64,000 bases of DNA, taken from the NCBI GenBank assembly GCA_030295235.1, contig AP026147.1, positions 682,001-746,000 on the forward strand, written 5' to 3'. Shown here one piece after another: positions 17,670-28,329 of this stretch. The position numbers and the translations under genes were made by a program. The notes under the pieces were generated by a model. The model was given only the letters and a program-made list of their open reading frames with translations, was not told the DNA's origin and ran no database searches. Every line of letters begins with the position of its first letter. The first letter of the stretch is position 1. This DNA comes from Fistulifera solaris (lineage: Eukaryota).

Positions 17670-19613
17670 TTTGAAATTTGGAAACAGAACGTTGATGGAA
17701 CGATTGATGCGACGCTTCTAATTTCTACGTATTTTCGCGTAGCTCTCGTAAGGAAATTTATCGACAGAAGGAAACCCGGATATTGCGTTTTTCGCCTTCA
17801 CCTATTTCTTGTATCCACAGGACACAGATGTCAACGTTTCTTTGCTCGCCGTATTCGAATCGTATTAAAAAGCAATAAAAGCCATCAATTTGGAAACATA
17901 ACGTTGATGGAACGAATGATGCAACGCTTCGAATGTCTACGTTATTTAACGTAGCTCTCGTAGGGAAATTTATCGACAGAGGGGAAACCCGGGCAACACA
18001 ATTTATAAGCCTTGATTCGTCCGTTTGAACAAAAGTGACTGTCAGCTTAACAACAACGTAGCAACCTCTTATTGATAATTAGATATCGATATCAACTTGA
18101 CTCAGAGCGATAAAATGAGGAAGATGCGTCGCATTGAAAGTCAACGTGTGTTTCACGTAGGCCTCGTAGGATTTTTTATCAATGTAGGTAACTGACTACA
18201 GTTTTCGCTATAGTACAATGCTGCGAACCTCGAAATAAAACGATGCGATGCTTTTTATTTTCGTTCTCGTCGTTGTCATCTTCACTTATTCATAGTCTAA
18301 TGATCTTGATGATAATGATTTAATCGTTTGATTTATTTGCATTTCGTTTCTACCTTGCTCTAGTCATCAATCCCGTTTTCGTCGGAGACGCAAATTGGCG
18401 ATCGAAAACTGGTCTCGAAAACGGAAACGGCTGAAAAGAAACGGCGCTCCGCACGACTTAACTCGACAATCAACCTGTCGCATCCTTCTTTCTTCTCACA
18501 AATCGCACCTTGTGTCAAATCACACACAAGATGCGATTTGTCACTCACAGAGCAGTGAATCTTTTCACTCGCTCACCTTGTTTCTATTTTGCGTATTGCA
18601 GTCAGATAATATAATGATCTTCGTCCGCAGGGAAGCCTCATACTGACGGGTAGTGCACGGGCCCTGCGGAGTAGCTTCCTGCCACAATGGGAGCAAGAGA
18701 AATCGCGTGTGCCTTGAGCCTCCGTCCTTCTCTTGCTCTGGAGAGAGGCCGAGTGATGTGCTGAGCCCTGAGGCCTTCACCGCTCCTCGCCTCAAATTCT
18801 CTGTTTCAAGGAATGAGTGTATGTGCTGTGCCTCGGGGCCTTCACCGCTCCTCGCCTTGATTCTCTTTTTCAAAGCGCCATGGCAAAGACCATGGACAAA
18901 GTGCGGCCTGAGGGTAACTTCAGTGTTGGTACCAGCGTATGCGTGGCAGGTTGCGAAGTAAGAGGAGAGAAGCTTACTCGACACCCAAAGATGGTGTCGT
19001 GCGGGAGGAAAAAGCCTCCAAGCAGAAATCCACGGTGACGACCTGGTATGCAATCACTCCGTAAAGTTGCCATGGAAATTCCACGACAGAGGAGGATGGC
19101 ACCAACGGCGACGGCCTCAAAAGAGGACTGATACGACCGATTGCGATGACCATACCTATCCCGGTGGCGTCCCCCAGATTCGTGGCCGACCCCCGCTAAA
19201 GGAGGGCCGACTGAAAACCAGCTGGAAGAGGTTAGCTCCATAGTAAGGCAGCATGGTAGAAATTCCACCCGAAGGATGACCCCGGCGACAAAAGTCGACT
19301 GAGAAGGCATACCTTGAGGTGGCGGCCCCGTGTTAGGGCAAAGTCCCAGCATCGAGAAGGCTCGCTCTACCCGACCCCAAAGGGGGAGTTGTTTGATTGC
19401 ATAAGCATACGCGTCCCCCGTCCGACAAAGGGCGGCGCCCAAAAGAGGTGAAAAATGGATCACAAAGTGTAAGCTCTCTTCCACACAGTCTCGGTCAAAG
19501 GACTGAGACTGCACCAGCAAAAAGCTGGCCTATAAGATCAATCTGACGCAAAAGTAAAATACAATAAAGAAAATAATATGATTAGAAACAAGCAACACAT
19601 AAGAAAACCGCTT
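17670..19613. mobile_element. Dispersed non-coding element, copy 1 (AT-rich flank plus ~1 kb structured GC-rich core at 18577-19592)
   Basis: Near-identical to 26355-28268, and from about 18335 to 32955-34239. All copies end at AACCGCTT. ORFs are not conserved between copies (indels). Confidence 0.75.
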
Positions 19614-19624
19614 ATATTTAGTAG

Positions 19625-20325
19625 ATCTCACAGAAATTCTGTTGTAGTCAAGAAATTGTGGACCAGTTTTTCGATGTCATCGAAATGCTGTGCGCGTTCC
19701 AAACAAACTGATAACGGTGGTCGGGATCATAACATGAAAAAGTGCGCGTTTCAACAATTCTTGAAACTACGTTTTGGATCCTAACGAAAGAAATCGCAAA
19801 TTCCAGAAATTATGGAATAAGTTTTTTCAGGATACAGAAATTCTGTGTTGGTCCAGAAATTCTGGACCAGTTTTTTTTCGATTTCACCGAAATGCTTTGC
19901 GCGTTCCAAACAAACTGATGAGCGTGTTTGGCATTAGAACGTGAGAAAGTGCGCGTTTCAACAATTCTTGAAACTGTGTTTTGGATCATATAGAAAGAAA
20001 GGCGAATTCCAGAAATTATGGAATAGGGTTTCCTAGTAATACAGAAATTCTGTGTTGGTCCAGAAATTTTGGACCAGTTTTTTCGATTTCACCGAATTGT
20101 TGTGCGCGTTCCAAACAAACTGATTAGCGTGTATGGCATCAGAACGTGAGAACGTGTGATTTCCAACAATTCTTGAAACTGTGTTTTGGATCCTGACGAA
20201 AGAAAGTGCAAATTCCAGAAATTCTGGAATAGGTTTTCCTGATCATACAGAAATTCTGTGGTGATGCAAATTCCAGAAATAAATTCTGGACCAGTTTTTC
20301 GATCTCTCCAAAATACAGAGTTTCT
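19625..20325 (+). repeat. ~206-bp satellite with the quasi-palindromic CCAGAAATTCTGG motif
   Basis: gcgttccaaacaaactgat at 19694, 19901 and 20106. Confidence 0.9.
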
Positions 20326-20395
20326 GGGGACAAATAAAACACAACAGGCGCAATTTTTCTGCTGGATAGTCGAAAGTGTAGGATCATTTTATCTA

Positions 20396-20900
20396 CGAAT
20401 TTACTATGGGCCAAAGTGATAGTTTAAGGAGACCTCCACTGCATTATTTCAGTCATGAGTCATGAACCAATATTGTGTCAATCGACAATGCTGCCTACAA
20501 TTTACTCGCTTAGCTTTATTAATAAGCTCCACTTGTTGATGTTGCAGTGTAAAATGTTTTAGCATCATTTGCAATACATGTCAGTATAATTTACATGGAA
20601 CAGCCTTGCCAAACGTTGTATTCCGAATTTACTATGGGCCAAAGTGATAGTTTAAGGAGACCTCGACTGCATTTCAGTCATGAACCAATATTGTGTCAAT
20701 CGACAATGCTGCCTACAATTTACTCGCTTAGCTTTATGAATAAGCTCCACTTGTCGATGTTGTAGTGAAAAATGTTTTAGCATCATTTGCAATACATGTC
20801 AGTATAATTTACATGGAACAGCCTTGCCAAACGTGGTATTACGAATTTACTATGGGCCAAAGTGATAGTTTAAGGAGACCTCGACTGCATTTCAGTCATG
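20396..20900 (+). repeat. ~220-bp tandem repeat, about 2.3 units
   Basis: cgaatttactatgggccaaagtgatagtttaaggagacctc at 20396, 20624 and 20842. Confidence 0.9.
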
Positions 20901-21063
20901 AGCGAGACAACGTGTGCCTCTATGCGTCCTAGGCCGCGTTTTTCACCATGGCGCCATTTTCAACGCCCCCCGCCGTTTGTTATTCTTATTGCTTTGCAAT
21001 TTGACAAGACAGGCGACGTAGCAGTAAATACAGAAAAAAGAAGAAAAAGAGTTTATATCAAAC

Positions 21064-24040
21064 ATGTCGCCTCTCGGAAAGAAGGAGACTCAAAAGTACG
21101 TTGTCTTTATTGATTAATAAGTTGACGAATGGTTGCGGAGGCGTTGCGCTTTGATTGTTTATCATTTCTTCTCTTTTGCGTCTCATTCACTAACGTATGT
21201 ATTCCTTTAGTATTTTGCAACCCAGAAAAGGGTGAAATGCACGAACTGCGCATGGAATTGCATTCTACCGATCGGGCTGTCAAAGTTGATGCGGTCAAGA
21301 AAGTGATTGCCAGTATGACCGTAGGAAAAGATGTTTCGATGTTGTTTACGGATGTCTTGAATTGCGTACAAACGGGAAATATTGAATTGAAAAAGTTGGT
21401 TTATCTTTATTTGATTAACGTAAGTACAAGTCGACAGCATGCTGCTTTGTATATAACAGGGGTTGTGTATCTTTCTTTACTCACTCGCTTCCTATCTTAC
21501 AATGCCTGTTTAGTACTCCAAAACACAACCAGAATTGACGCTTCTCGCGGTCAATACATTCGTTAAAGATGCAAGTGATTCCAACCCTCTCATTCGAGCT
21601 TTAGCGGTCAGGACCATGGGTTGTATCCGTGTGGATCGCATCACTGAGTACTTGTGTGATCCTCTCAGTCGCGCTCTTCGCGATGAAGATCCCTATGTAC
21701 GAAAAACCGCTGCCGTTTGTGTCGCAAAGTTGTACGATATTGCTCCCGATCTCGTAGAAGAACGAGGTTTCATCGAAATCTTGCACGATCTCATCAGTGA
21801 CAGCAACCCGTCGGTCGTGGCCAATGGCGTGGCCGCATTGTCGGAAATTGCCGAGAGTTCCGGAAAAGATGTCATGCGAATTACTGCGTCAGTACTGCAG
21901 AAATTATTGGCGGCGTTGAACGAATGTACCGAATGGGGACAGGTCTTCATTTTGGATTCTTTGGCCAAGTACACCCCAGCCGATGGTCGCGAAGCGGAAG
22001 GGATCATTGAACGTGTTACCCCGCGTCTCCAACACGCCAACTCGGCCGTGGTCATGTCGGCCGTCAAGGTTATTCTCAGTTACATGGAACTCATGGGATC
22101 ACAAAACAGTGATGCCATTCGAGCCTTGACGCGCAAATTGGCACCGCCCTTGGTCACACTCTTGAATTCGGAGCCAGAAATTCAGTACGTGGCACTCCGA
22201 AACATCAATCTCATTGTGCAGAAACGACCCAATATTCTGGAGAACGAAATCAAAGTCTTCTTTTGCAAGTACAATGATCCAATTTACGTCAAAATGGAGA
22301 AGTTGGAAATTATCATCAAGCTGGTCAGCGAAAAGAACATTGACCAAGTGTTACTTGAACTCAAAGAATACGCCACAGAAGTCGATGTCGATTTTGTCCG
22401 TAAGGCAGTCAGTGCGATTGGACGTTGTGCGGTGAAACTCGAACGCGCTGCCGAACGTTGTATTGCTGTGTTGCTCGAATTGATTCAAACAAAGGTCAAT
22501 TACGTTGTGCAGGAAGCCGTAATTGTCATTAAAGATGTGTTCCGTCGTTACCCGAATCGGTACGAAAGTATCATTGCGACGTTATGCGACAATTTGGATA
22601 CCCTGGATGAACCCTTGGCCAAGGCTAGTATGATTTGGATTATTGGAGAATACGCGGAACGTATTGACAACGCGGACGAGTTGCTCGAGACTTTCTTGGA
22701 AACATTTGAAGAAGAGGACCCCGCGGTGCAGTTGCAGTTGCTTACCGCGACGGTGAAATGTTTTCTGAAGAATCCCGAGGATACGCAAGACATGGTGCAA
22801 CGTGTGTTGGATATGGCCACCGAGGAATCCGACAATCCGGATTTGCGCGATCGCGGTTTCATTTACTGGCGTCTGTTGTCGACGGATCCCGATGCGGCCA
22901 AAATTGTCGTTTTGGGTGACAAACCCGTCATTGAGGACGACACCTTCAAATTGGAACCGGCGTTGCTCAATATCCTCATTGGACAGATTGCTACTTTGAG
23001 TAGCATTTACCACAAGCCCCCGGATAGTTTTTGTGGTGCGTCGTCGTGCCGGTTTGCCCACCGAAGAGGATGACGAAGACGACGAGGAAGACGATGACGA
23101 CGAATACGATGAAGAGGTACGAGATAGTGGTGCGGGTGGAGTGGATCTCTTGGATATGGGCGGCATGTCAGTCAATGACCACAAGGTGAGTATTGAATCT
23201 AGGTGAACGTTTTGTTGTTCATTTACGCTTTCCAACTCATTCGCGTTCTAATCACCAATGCCAACGTTGAACGTTATTCATACACAGCAATTCACTCCAA
23301 CTGCACCCATGACTCGAGTGGCCGGCCCTGAGAAAGCGGGAGGTATCGAAGTGTTCAGCGGGTTTGTTCAGGAAGGTGGCAAAATCTTTATGGAGCTTGA
23401 GTTCAGTAACGTTTCGGCCGGGCAAGATATTAGTACATTTGCTATCCAGCTGAACAAGAACGCGTTCGGTCTGAGTCCTGCCAACCAGCAAGTTATTTTT
23501 CAACCACCTATTTCACCGGGTTCCAGTGGAACCACCCGTGTCGAAATGGCGATGAATCCAGCAATGCAGGTACCCACTCCCAATGGACAAAACGTCAACC
23601 CGCAGATCCAAGTCGCAATAAAGAATATGCACAACAATGGCGTCTTTTACTTTGCAGTAAATCTCAACTTCGAGTGTCTCTTCAGTGCCGATGGCGAGAT
23701 GGAAAAGACAGCATTCATTGAAGCATGGAAATCAATTGACGATCGACATGAATTGTACGCAACCGTGTCTGATCTGCCAGCCGATTCCACATCGATTGAG
23801 GACGTTCAACAAAAGTTTGCAGCGTACAACATCTTCTTTATTGCGAGACGTCCTGTACCAAACGCAGAAGGACAAGAAGTCGTATATTTTAGCATGAAAT
23901 CAGTCCATGGAATGACTTTCTTTGCGGAGTTGACGTTCAAACGAGGCGTCAACGCAGCCAAAGTGTGCTTGAAAACTGAAGCAACTTCGTACGGTGGTTT
24001 AGCAAAGAGTGCCCTGGAATCCCTGCTTCGTGGCGATTAA
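21064..24040 (+). CDS. AP-1/AP-2 adaptor complex beta subunit (beta-adaptin)
   Basis: KGEMHEL...[14 protein letters not shown]...[43 protein letters not shown], an acidic hinge and an appendage domain. Introns 21096-21210, 21420-21513 and about 23186-23287; homopolymer frameshifts. Confidence 0.93.
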
Positions 24041-24410
24041 CTCATGAAATAACTTATACTCCTTATAGTTTGAAATTATTGAAATAAACGAAGTATTTAT
24101 TTTTGCGTAGCCATGCAAACTGCAACAGCTATCACGATTTGTTTGGTCATTGTAGATTTTCTTTCGAAACGAAACTACGCGGAATTTTGTGTCGAAGATG
24201 ATACCTGGTATGCCGGGAAAGCAATGCAGGTCATTGACCTTGTTGTGAGGCAGGTGACGGATCCAAATGTGCAGCGAATAAGAAGCATACTTTCATTCGG
24301 AGACCAACCGACAAAGAGTAATGTCCCAATTCCCAGTCGTCACAACAGGAGATGAAAAGAAATAGTTTCTTGAGACCCAGTTTTTCTCATTGACCAACTA
24401 GCCTCCCATG

Positions 24411-25586
24411 TTATGGCGCACGCACTTTCCGCAGTAATCTCTGCCGAGTGGAATAACCCATGACCCGATCATAGTCGTCAAACAAGGGATCGGTGGGAAG
24501 CATCCAAGTCCATTTGGGTCCAATTCCGAAAATATCCGTTAAGGGGATTTCGGCGGCTGTCTCATTGTGCCAAGTGTCGGCTAATTTCATTTTCAAGCGA
24601 TCAATTGTAGAAGTCCCCGTAACAACGTTGAATATGACATTCATTAGCATACTGCTCGTAAACATCAGCGCTCCCAAACTAATGAGACTCATCACGCGAA
24701 CCAAAACGATTTCCACACCAGTAAACTCGCAAAGGGCAGAAGTGCAAAAGAAGTAATTGACGATAAAGAGTAACAACACCAAAGCACTCGCTGTCCATGT
24801 GTAAATGAGGAAGAGTATGAAATGCTTCATGTTGGCCGCTCCGATGCAATTATTCATCCAGGGGCAGTGGTGATCCATGCCACTGATACATCGATTGCAT
24901 ATGCGACAGTGATGTGACTTTTCCGGCTTGTAGGTTTGACATTGACTGCACATGGAATGAAAGGTATTGTGCTGATGCTCCGGTAACGGCACCGCGGACG
25001 ACGGTACAGCTCCAGGATCGGTTAAAGCGGTCTTTGCGTGAGAAGACAGCATCAAGACCGCCAGAGTGCAGTACAAGCAAGTGAGCGTCAACGGCACATG
25101 ACCATGCACCGCCAGCAACAGAACCGTATAAATCGAATAACAAATTAAAATCCAGACCATCACTGACATGATAGACCCCGCGCGGTCTTTGTAATTGATC
25201 CAAACTCCATTTTCTTCTCTAGTTCCGATACTGCAAGACCAGGGCTCGTCATTTCCTGTATCTTCGTAATGTCGAGCATCTTCCAACGGCGGAACTGCTT
25301 TCAATGAAGACGCTTGCAATAAGCGATGCAGAGCGGCAAATGCTCGAACGAGAGGATTGCGTCGATCTTGTTTACTCAAATCAATCGTCGGAAGACCGAA
25401 ACTACTGTCATCAAGACTTTTATCGCGCTGATTCATGGGATGAAAGAAGCGCTTCTTCTCTTCGTCGTCATCGGCATGATCGAGAATGAGATCAAAGTCG
25501 TCGTCTTCGTCCTCATCGTTTCTTCGTTGCGTTGTTACACGAGTCCGCCGCACCAACGGCGTTCCTTCGTCACTGTCGTGCATCAT
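24411..25586 (-). CDS. DHHC-type protein S-palmitoyltransferase
   Basis: TDPGAVP, then CSQCQTYKPEKSHHCRICNRCISGMDHHCPWMNNCIGAANMKHFILFL; four TM helices. Confidence 0.93.
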   Translation of the reverse strand: MMHDSDEGTPLVRRTRVTTQRRNDEDEDDDFDLILDHADDDEEKKRFFHPMNQRDKSLDDSSFGLPTIDLSKQDRRNPLVRAFAALHRLLQASSLKAVPPLEDARHYEDTGNDEPWSCSIGTREENGVWINYKDRAGSIMSVMVWILICYSIYTVLLLAVHGHVPLTLTCLYCTLAVLMLSSHAKTALTDPGAVPSSAVPLPEHQHNTFHSMCSQCQTYKPEKSHHCRICNRCISGMDHHCPWMNNCIGAANMKHFILFLIYTWTASALVLLLFIVNYFFCTSALCEFTGVEIVLVRVMSLISLGALMFTSSMLMNVIFNVVTGTSTIDRLKMKLADTWHNETAAEIPLTDIFGIGPKWTWMLPTDPLFDDYDRVMGYSTRQRLLRKVRAP

Positions 25587-25729
25587 GATGTTTTTAATGA
25601 TACTAAGGGAAGGGAAAAGATAATGGAAAAGGATTACAAGCAACAGCTACGTATGCGGGTGCGCGAGGATACACGTAACAAGCATTTTTTATCCCTTTAC
25701 CGAAATACCAGGTAATGGAAAAGAGCTCG

Positions 25730-26205
25730 TTCAGAAATTCTGGAATCTGTGTTTATGAATAAAGAGGTCATTCAGAAATTCTGGAAACTGTGTTTTGGAT
25801 CATAAAAGGTTAGAAAGTGCGAATTCCAGAAAATCTGGAAAAGTTACTCGTGTTAATCATTTCATACAGAAATTCTGTGGTGGTCCAGAAATTCTGGACC
25901 AGTATTTTCGATCTCACCGAAATGCTGTGCGCGTTCAAAACAAACTGATTACGATGTAATGGATCCTAACGAGATACAATGCGCGTTTGAGAAGTTCTGG
26001 AATCTGTGTTTTGGATCATAAAAGGTTAGAAAGTGCAATTCCAGAAAATCTGGAAAAGTTACTCGTGTTAATCATTTCGTACAGAAATTCTGTGGTGGTT
26101 ATACAGAAATTCTGAGGTGGTCCAGAAAGTCTGCACCAGTTTGTTCTTTCTCAACGAAATGCTTTGCGCGTTCCAAACAAACTGATTTGGGTGTTTGGGA
26201 TCATG
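25730..26205 (+). repeat. CCAGAAATTCTGG satellite, about 2 units
   Basis: cataaaaggttagaaagtgc at 25801 and about 26017; same family as 19625-20325. Confidence 0.85.
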
Positions 26206-26224
26206 AGGTGAGGGTAGCGAAAAA

Positions 26225-28268
26225 TATCGACAGAGGTAAACCCGGATATTGCGTTTTTCGCCTTCACCTATTTCTTGTATCCACAGGACACAGATGTCAA
26301 CGTTTCTTTGCTCGCCGTATTTGAATCGTATTAAAAAAGCAATAACAGCAATCAATTTGGAAACAGAACGTTGATGGAACGATTGATGCGACGCTTCTAA
26401 TTTCTACGTATTTTCGCGTAGCTCTCGTAAGGAAATTTATCGACAGAGGGAAACCCGGATATTGCGTTTTTCGCCTTCACCTATTTCTTGTATCCACAGG
26501 ACACAGATGTCAACGTTTCTTTGCTCGCCGTATTCGAATCGTATTAAAAAGCAATAAAAGCCATCAATTTGGAAACATAACGTTGATGGAACGAATGATG
26601 CAACGCTTCGAATGTCTACGTTATTTAACGTAGCTCTCGTAGGGAAATTTATCGACAGAGGGGAAACCCGGGCAACACAATTTATAAGCCTTGATTCGTC
26701 CGTTTGAACAAAAGTGACTGTCAGCTTAACAACAACGTAGCAACCTCTTATTGATAATTAGATATCGATATCAACTTGACTCAGAGCGATAAAATGAGGA
26801 AGATGCGTCGCATTGAAAGTCAACGTGTGTTTCACGTAGGCCTCGTAGGATTTTTATCAATGTAGGTAACTGACTACAGTTTTCGCTATAGTACAATGCT
26901 GCGAACCTCGAAATAAAACGATGCGATGCTTTTTATTTTCGTTCTCGTCGTTGTCATCTTCGCTTATTCATAGTCTAATGATCTTGATGATAATGATTTA
27001 ATCGTTTGATTTATTTGCATTTCGTTTCTACCTTGCTCTAGTCATCAATCCCGTTTTCGTCGGAGACGCAAATTGGCGATCGAAAACTGCTGAAAAGAAA
27101 CGGCGCTCCGCACGACTTACTTGACAATCAACCTGTCGCATGCACCCTTCTTTCTTCTCACAAATCGCACCTTGTGTCAAATCACACACAAGATGCGATT
27201 TGTCACTCACAGAGCAGTGAATCTTTTCACTCGCTCACCTTGTTTCTATTTTGCGTATTGCAGTCAGATAATATAATGATCTTCGTCCGCAGGGAAGCCT
27301 CATACTGACGGGTAGTGCACGGGCCCTGCGGAGTAGCTTCCTGCCACAATGGGAGCAAGAGAAATCGCGTGTGCCTTGAGCCTCCGTCCTTCTCTTGCTC
27401 TGGAGAGAGGCCGAGTGATGTGCTGAGCCCTGAGGCCTTCACCGCTCCTCGCCTCAAATTCTCTGTTTCAAGGAATGAGTGTATGTGCTGTGCCTCGGGG
27501 CCTTCACCGCTCCTCGCCTTGATTCTCTTTTTCAAAGCGCCATGGCAAAGACCATGGACAAAGTGCGGCCTGAGGGTAACTTCAGTGTTGGTACCAGCGT
27601 ATGCGTGGCAGGTTGCGAAGTAAGAGGAGAGAAGCTTACTCGACACCCAAAGATGGTGTCGTGCGGGAGGAAAAGCCTCCAAGCAGAAATCCACGGTGAC
27701 GACCTGGTATGCAATCACTCCGTAAAGTTGCCATGGAAATTCCACGACAGAGGAGGATGGCACCAACGGCGACGGCCTCAAAGAGGACCGATACGACCGA
27801 TTGCGATGACCATACCTATCCCGGTGGCGTCCCCCAGATTGGCGGCCGACCCCCGCCAAAGGAGGGCCGGCTGAAAACCAGCTGGAAGAGGTTAGCTCCA
27901 TAGTAAGGCAACATGGTAGAAATTCCACCCGAAGGATGACCCCGGCGACAAAAGTCGACTGAGAAGGCATACCTTGAGGTGGCGGCCCCGTGTTAGGGCA
28001 AAGTCCCAGCATCGAGAAGGCTCGCTCTACCCGACCCCAAAGGGGGTTGTTTGATTGCATAAGCATACGCGTCCCCCGTCCGACAAAGGGCGGCGCCCAA
28101 AAGAGGTGAAAAATGGATCACAAAGTGTAAGCTCTCTTCCACACAGTCTCGGTCAAAGGACTGAGACTGCGCCAGCAAAAAGCTGGCCTATAAGATCAAT
28201 CTGACGCAAAAGAAAACGTAAAAATAAAAAATAAACTAGAAACAAACAACACAAAAGAAGAACCGCTT
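26225..28268. mobile_element. Dispersed non-coding element, copy 2 (with a 213-bp tandem repeat in the left flank)
   Basis: atcgacagagg at 26226, 26439 and 26651. The core starting at 27239 is near-identical to the core starting at 18577. Confidence 0.75.
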
Positions 28269-28329
28269 CTAGTTAGTTGTACTACGTAGTTGTAATAGCA
28301 GCAGTAATATGATATATGAATGCTTTTCG

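Noticed and set aside
18595..18655. Hammerhead ribozyme at the element end (minus strand GUCAG-UAUGAG...CGAAG...CUGAC)
   Set aside because: The core deviates from CUGANGA/GAAA and stems II and III are poor. The CUCCUCGC motif at 18783 likewise could not be built into an HDV fold by eye.
19325..19535. Telomerase RNA template (CCCUAAC) or RNase P/MRP-like motifs in the element
   Set aside because: The matches are only 7-8 nt, P4 pairing is not convincing, and the sequence is multicopy.
27227..28066. 279-aa and related ORFs inside the repeated element as proteins
   Set aside because: Frames differ between the three copies, there are no motifs, and GC-rich sequence gives long ORFs by chance.
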